Below, piece by piece: positions 59,702 through 64,000 of a stretch of 64,000 nt of DNA (position 1 is its first letter; every line of letters starts with the position of its first letter). Both the position numbers and the translations under genes were made by a program. The stretch is from Candidatus Dojkabacteria bacterium (GTDB lineage Bacteria > Patescibacteriota > Dojkabacteria > J137). The stretch lies in assembly GCA_025999215.1 (NCBI GenBank), contig AP024679.1, positions 101,645 through 165,644 of the forward strand. The letters run 5' to 3'. The notes below the pieces were generated by a model. It made no database searches and was not told the DNA's origin. It worked only from the letters and a program-made list of their open reading frames with translations.

Positions 59702-60310
59702 TTAGCTTTTTCTATCAATAAAGTAGATTAGTGTAGTCCAAATTCCACTAGAAATAGTTAGTAATCCAACCGTAATCATTACAATGTCAAAATACCGATC
59801 ATTGATATTCGCAACCAAACCTGCAGTTAGACTAAAAACTATCATAGCAACACTCATAACTGTATCGTAAATTCCATACTCAAGCCCTTCTTTGCCTTTA
59901 TCTAAATTTTTTGCAAAAATTTTTCTCCAATTTACTAAATTCATAGATGCTCCAAGCCCCATAATTATTTGTAAAAAATAGTACATAAAAGGTTCAGATA
60001 TAAAGGGATAAAACAAGAAAGGCGCTCCCATCAAAAAATTTCCAAGTGTCAAAATAAATATATCGTCTCTATCTGATTTTGTTTTATCAGTGAGATAAGC
60101 TATTGGAATTTGAGATAGGGCGCGAGTTGCATAGTAAATTGATACTCCAATACCTATTATCGCTGTAGCGTCATGATCTATTTTTTTAGATAAATATATT
60201 CCAACTAGTGAGTTAACAATTAAGTAAAGTCCCCAAGTAAATATGTCTGACAAAGTCAAAAACATCACTATTTTGTTGATTTTTTTTGTTTGTGAAATTT
60301 TTGTTAACAT
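59702..60310 (-). CDS. hypothetical polytopic membrane protein (half-MFS-like, about 6 TM)
   Basis: 202 aa and strongly hydrophobic. Confidence 0.45.
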   Translation of the reverse strand: MLTKISQTKKINKIVMFLTLSDIFTWGLYLIVNSLVGIYLSKKIDHDATAIIGIGVSIYYATRALSQIPIAYLTDKTKSDRDDIFILTLGNFLMGAPFLFYPFISEPFMYYFLQIIMGLGASMNLVNWRKIFAKNLDKGKEGLEYGIYDTVMSVAMIVFSLTAGLVANINDRYFDIVMITVGLLTISSGIWTTLIYFIDRKS

Positions 60311-60374
60311 ATCTGAATAATAAATTATTATCTAGCATTTTTCAAATTTGTTTCTTTTGTTTTGAGAAGCAAAA

Positions 60375-60400
60375 ATATGAGTGGCGTACGCCACTCATAT
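60375..60400. terminator. rho-independent terminator (perfect 12-bp palindrome) downstream of the 60425 gene
   Basis: ATATGAGTGGCG-TA-CGCCACTCATAT, with an A-run upstream and a T-run downstream, so it could act in both directions. Confidence 0.45.
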
Positions 60401-60424
60401 TCTACTTTTTATTCAACTCGAGAA

Positions 60425-61822
60425 TTAATACCAAAATTCAGTATTTTGTGCAAGGTCTTTAACTATTTCTTTATATTTTTCAACCTCATTTTCATTTTGA
60501 GTTTCTGCTGTAATTGAATATCTTAATGCAGCGTTAGATCCTCCACCTCCCACAGCAGATACATTATATTTGTTGGTTACATCTGAGTAAATAACAAAAA
60601 CTGCTAGATTCCTACCATCTATAGTTGTTACATTTTCAGCGTCATCTGGAATATAATAAGCGGCTTGACATTCACTCATTCCTGAAGCTAATTCAACTTC
60701 TATATTTTGATCGTTTTGAAATTTAAGTGTTTCAAATGTACAGTCCAAACCATCTTTTTCCATTGTCAATTTTTTAACTTCTGAATTTATCTCTCCAAGG
60801 TTTTGATCATAATACAACCTTCCACCAAATTCATTGAAGTAAAATAAATCTCTTAATGGAGATTCTAGTAATTCTAAACCTGAAATCAATTTTTTAACTT
60901 TTGACATGTATTCACTAACTTCATCCTGAATTAACTCGCTAGCTCGAACTCTGACTACAAAACCTTTCTTTTCACCTCTATGATCAATATAACTATAATA
61001 ACCTCCAAAAGTTGATACACCATATTGTTTTGTAAGATCTGAATAAGTTTCATAAACTCCAAATTCAAAGCCATCTGAACTTTTTACAGTTTCATAATTT
61101 TCAATAGGACCTCCTGCCCCTATACACTCACCCATTCCTGCAATAGCAACTACACTCAATTTAGGATCATTTGAAAATTTAACTGTCTCATAGTCACAAT
61201 TAAGACCGTCCTTATCTATATTCATATTTCTAACTTCTGATTGTGCGACTCCTAGTGTTTGATCATATCTTAACTTTATATTAAACTCGTTGAATGAAAA
61301 TAAAGATGAAGAAATATCTGAAGTATTGTCTGCGCTTTGTTCTTCACATTTTGAAGTATCGCATACTACGACACCTCCAGAGCAATTACAGATCGTACAA
61401 GAATTGTCTAACTCAAAACTTTCACCGTCACTGTACTGCTTACCGTTGTACTCACAAACATTTGCATTAGCTATATTTTCGATAACTTCTTTATTGCTAT
61501 CATTTATCTGAGTTGTGTAGTAATATGTTCCACCTAACGCCACCGTTCCAGTTGCTACTCCAGCCACTGCTAGGGTTGCTAATTGAGATGAGGACAATTT
61601 AAATATTGATGTTATTGTTCCCATAGACAAAAAATTAAAAGATAAAATAGAATTATAAATTCGTTCAAGCTCAAAAGAGGAAAGCTCATAATACTCCCAC
61701 AATTTAAGCGAAGAGATAACTGAAGTTACTGATAAACTTTGTATCTGAATAGTTTTTTTAAGATTAACTTTCAACTCATCTAAACCTCTGTAATACCTTT
61801 GTTTCACTGCACTTTCTTTCAT
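60425..61822 (-). CDS. membrane-anchored cysteine-rich protein whose N-terminus resembles sigma region 4.2 (likely C-terminal part of a frameshifted sigma-fusion, or anti-sigma-like partner)
   Basis: The N-terminus MKESAVKQRYYRGLDELKVNL resembles xxGTVKSRLxRARxxL. A TM helix lies at about aa 85-105. The extracytoplasmic part contains CxxC-rich stretches and an internally duplicated about 65-aa module. Confidence 0.5.
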   Translation of the reverse strand: MKESAVKQRYYRGLDELKVNLKKTIQIQSLSVTSVISSLKLWEYYELSSFELERIYNSILSFNFLSMGTITSIFKLSSSQLATLAVAGVATGTVALGGTYYYTTQINDSNKEVIENIANANVCEYNGKQYSDGESFELDNSCTICNCSGGVVVCDTSKCEEQSADNTSDISSSLFSFNEFNIKLRYDQTLGVAQSEVRNMNIDKDGLNCDYETVKFSNDPKLSVVAIAGMGECIGAGGPIENYETVKSSDGFEFGVYETYSDLTKQYGVSTFGGYYSYIDHRGEKKGFVVRVRASELIQDEVSEYMSKVKKLISGLELLESPLRDLFYFNEFGGRLYYDQNLGEINSEVKKLTMEKDGLDCTFETLKFQNDQNIEVELASGMSECQAAYYIPDDAENVTTIDGRNLAVFVIYSDVTNKYNVSAVGGGGSNAALRYSITAETQNENEVEKYKEIVKDLAQNTEFWY

Positions 61823-62241
61823 TCGTAAAATATTTCCGCTATTTCCGAAAACTTCAAATCATACCAATTTTTCAAAATGATAATCTCTTTTGTTGTCTCT
61901 GGAAGTTTATCTAATTCCTGATTTAAAGCTTTTTGAATTTGTTCATCTTCAAAAATTTTTTCGATGTTTGTTTGGTCAGGAATGTAATTTAACTCTTCTG
62001 TAATAGAACTTTTATTTTTAGGATGTTTTCTGAATGTTTCCCTGTAGACATTTTTGGCAGTGGCCAAAAGCCACGACTTTTCTTTTCCGCTAGAAACTGA
62101 TTTAGCTTTGCTCAAATAGCGAGAGAATGTTTCTGAAGTAATATCTTTCGCTTCCTCAACATTTTTACATAAAAACAATGCAAATTTATACACATCTTGC
62201 GCATAGTTGTAATAAATTTTCTCAAGATTGTTGCTGTTCAT
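61819..62241 (-). CDS. ECF-type RNA polymerase sigma factor, C-terminally truncated (ends inside region 4.2)
   Basis: Region 2 is ITSETFSRYL and region 4 is LPETTKEIIILKNWYDLKFSEIAEIFYE followed by a stop. The recognition helix is missing. The start is set at MNSNNLEK, because the track's TTG at 62322 would overlap the next gene. Confidence 0.65.
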   Translation of the reverse strand: MNSNNLEKIYYNYAQDVYKFALFLCKNVEEAKDITSETFSRYLSKAKSVSSGKEKSWLLATAKNVYRETFRKHPKNKSSITEELNYIPDQTNIEKIFEDEQIQKALNQELDKLPETTKEIIILKNWYDLKFSEIAEIFYE

Positions 62242-62278
62242 ACTAAGATATGCAGATTTTCGATAAAAAGTCACAATT

Positions 62279-62641
62279 TTATTTTCTTTTTCTATGCGCA
62301 ATTTTTTTAAATGATTCTTCAAGCTTGGTTAATTGTGTATCGCTCAGATCATCCAAGTCTAATAATTTTGTATTGGCATCCTTAATTGATTTGATTAATT
62401 CATCTATCTTGATATTAATCATTTTGGTATCTCTATTCTGTGTATTTTGAATTAAAAAAACCATTAAAAATGTGATTATTGTTGTGACGGTATTTATCAG
62501 GAGCTGCCAAGTATCAGAGAATCCGAATAAGGGTCCAGTTAGTAACCAAGCCATAATTAGAGATATAGATACCAAAAAAGCATAGGGAGAACCAACTAAC
62601 TCTGAAGTTTTATGCGCAAACTTTCTAAATATTTTTTCCAT
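62279..62641 (-). CDS. small membrane protein, low-affinity iron permease (Fet4-like) family-like
   Basis: 120 aa: ELVGSPYAFLVSISLIMAWLLTGPLFGFSDTWQLLINTVTTIITFLMVFLIQNTQNRD. This matches the conserved core remembered for that family. Confidence 0.45.
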   Translation of the reverse strand: MEKIFRKFAHKTSELVGSPYAFLVSISLIMAWLLTGPLFGFSDTWQLLINTVTTIITFLMVFLIQNTQNRDTKMINIKIDELIKSIKDANTKLLDLDDLSDTQLTKLEESFKKIAHRKRK

Positions 62642-62751
62642 GAGTAAAATCTATCACAAATTACTTACTGCATCAATAAAATTAGTTAAAACTTTAAAGT
62701 TTTATTATAAATAAATATATCTGATAAAATTATCTGGTCAATGAACTAACT

Positions 62752-63498
62752 ATGCATTTAATTTATAAAAAACTAGGAGAAACTCCTTTGGAAGCCCTAA
62801 ACAAGTTTAAGTCGGGAAATAATATTGAAGATAAACTTGCTTATGCAGGAAGGCTTGATCCTATGGCTAAGGGATTGCTTGTTGTACTACAAGGCGAAGA
62901 ATGTAAAAGGCGAAATTTTTACCAAAACCTTGATAAAGTTTACAAATTTAAAATTCTTTTTGGAATAGAAACTGATACTTTTGATTCGCTGGGAATAATC
63001 ACAAAAATTAAGCTATCACAAATTGATTTAGATGATTTTAAAAAAATAGTTAAAGAATTAAATAGAGTAGAGCTGATGCAACAATATCCTTCCTTTTCAT
63101 CTAAAACGGTAAACGGTAAACCTTTATTCTGGTGGGCTAGAAATAATAAATTAAGCGAAATACAAATTCCTCAAAAGAAAGTTAAAATTTACTCTTTAAA
63201 AATCCTTAAAATTTCAAAACTAAACTCAAAGAAAATATTATCAGAAAATCAGAAAAGATTAGAGTTGGTCAAGGGAGACTTTAGACAAAAGCAAATTAAA
63301 AAGATTTGGGAAGAAAAAATTAAAAATTTAAATCATCAATTTATCATTGCTGAACTTGAAACAAAAGTGAGTAGTGGAACCTACATAAGATCTCTTTGCA
63401 GCCTTATAGGTCAAAAACTTAATTCATGCGCCATTGCCTGGGAAATAGAAAGAATTCAGGTGGGCTCATTTAAACTCCCTGAAGCTGAGCATAATTAA
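62752..63498 (+). CDS. truB: tRNA pseudouridine(55) synthase
   Basis: 248 aa: AYAGRLDPMAKGLLVVLQGEECK...KVYKFKILFGIETDTFDSLG, including the catalytic Asp motif. Confidence 0.85.
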   Translation: MHLIYKKLGETPLEALNKFKSGNNIEDKLAYAGRLDPMAKGLLVVLQGEECKRRNFYQNLDKVYKFKILFGIETDTFDSLGIITKIKLSQIDLDDFKKIVKELNRVELMQQYPSFSSKTVNGKPLFWWARNNKLSEIQIPQKKVKIYSLKILKISKLNSKKILSENQKRLELVKGDFRQKQIKKIWEEKIKNLNHQFIIAELETKVSSGTYIRSLCSLIGQKLNSCAIAWEIERIQVGSFKLPEAEHN

Positions 63499-63541
63499 TT
63501 GAAATAATAATGCTTTTAGATTAAAATGTGCTGTGAATCAC

Positions 63542-64000
63542 ATGTCCCGACGAAACAAAGCAATTTTTTTCATTTTATTACCAATATGGATCACCATAAA
63601 TTTATGGTTAATTGCTAAGTATCAAAATAATCAAGCAATTAATCTTGACACGCTCCCAAGATTATTAAGCCAAGTTTTTGGACTAATTGGAATTGTACTT
63701 CTTTCATTAAGCTACATTCTTTCGGCAAGAATAATTCAGTTAGAAGAATTTTTTGGTGGTCTAGATAAAGTGTATAAACTTCATAGCTTTATTGGAAAAA
63801 TGGCTCTAGTTTTTATACTATCTCACCCAATTTTGCTTGTAGTAAAAAATTTTAGTTTAGATTTATTTACCTACTATTTTATACCATTTGCTAAAAATCA
63901 GCATCAAGCACTAAACGCTGGCATATTAGCGCTTTATATTTACTTAATTTTAATTTTAATTTCGATCTTTAGGTTTCTTCCTTATGAAATGTGGAAATTT
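63542..64000 (+). CDS. membrane protein with ferric-reductase-like transmembrane domain (5' partial, continues beyond window)
   Basis: The frame is open to the window end. There are multiple TM helices. The His pair in LHSFIGKMALVFILSHP has the 14-residue spacing typical of heme-ligating FRD/MsrQ-type helices. Confidence 0.35.
   Translation, partial: MSRRNKAIFFILLPIWITINLWLIAKYQNNQAINLDTLPRLLSQVFGLIGIVLLSLSYILSARIIQLEEFFGGLDKVYKLHSFIGKMALVFILSHPILLVVKNFSLDLFTYYFIPFAKNQHQALNAGILALYIYLILILISIFRFLPYEMWKF

Noticed and set aside
61795-61865. Apparent 1-nt discrepancies between the printed sequence lines around 61800/61860 and the supplied ORF translations
   Set aside because: The ORF track is internally self-consistent. 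I could not reconcile the printed bases at those two line boundaries by eye, so ORF-track coordinates and translations were used for the sigma-factor junction. Hand-derived coordinates elsewhere should be read as +/-2 nt.
1-64000. Alternative genetic code (UGA recoding, as in Gracilibacteria or Mollicutes)
   Set aside because: Conserved genes (rpoB, rpoC, valS, hisS) are full length with TGA used as a stop under the standard code, so there is no need for recoding.

Overview
This is an AT-rich bacterial chromosome segment, read in the standard genetic code; TGA is not recoded, since long ORFs stay intact. Housekeeping genes frame the window: valS, recJ, an HU gene, a P-type ATPase gene, hisS, sufU, contiguous rpoB-rpoC-rpsL-rpsG, a short infB, trxA-trxB, truB, and a truncated ECF sigma-factor gene. 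Two accessory regions sit among them. The first is a roughly 18-kb plus-strand block (about 13.7-31.2 kb) made entirely of large, signal-less proteins with no recognisable homologues (399, 317, 1032, 317, 1331 and 1905 aa). It includes a duplicated 317-aa gene that brackets the 1032-aa gene, in-frame tandem repeats, and two giants that share an N-terminal domain. The 1905-aa ORF ends at a stop that is followed by a 98-codon open in-frame extension and a gene remnant. A membrane-anchored P-loop ATPase that resembles a TraG/VirD4-like coupling protein lies immediately upstream on the opposite strand. The second accessory region is a surface/secretion block (45.8-62.6 kb). It holds a 2638-aa giant surface protein, cysteine-rich secreted proteins, one of which has a dockerin-like segment, a GT4 glycosyltransferase, a TsaC-TsaE fusion, a CsoR-fold regulator lacking the metal ligands, and an ECF sigma factor whose region 4.2 recognition helix appears to be encoded at the start of the next ORF in another frame. 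Other gene fusions or insertions are a LOG-family/SAM-methyltransferase protein and an insertion in ribosomal protein S12. No tRNA, rRNA, CRISPR array or transposase/integrase was recognised. Small, fused and abundant hypothetical genes are reminiscent of Patescibacteria-like reduced genomes, but that assignment is inference only. Coordinates follow the supplied ORF track, with start codons adjusted where the track used an upstream TTG or GTG.
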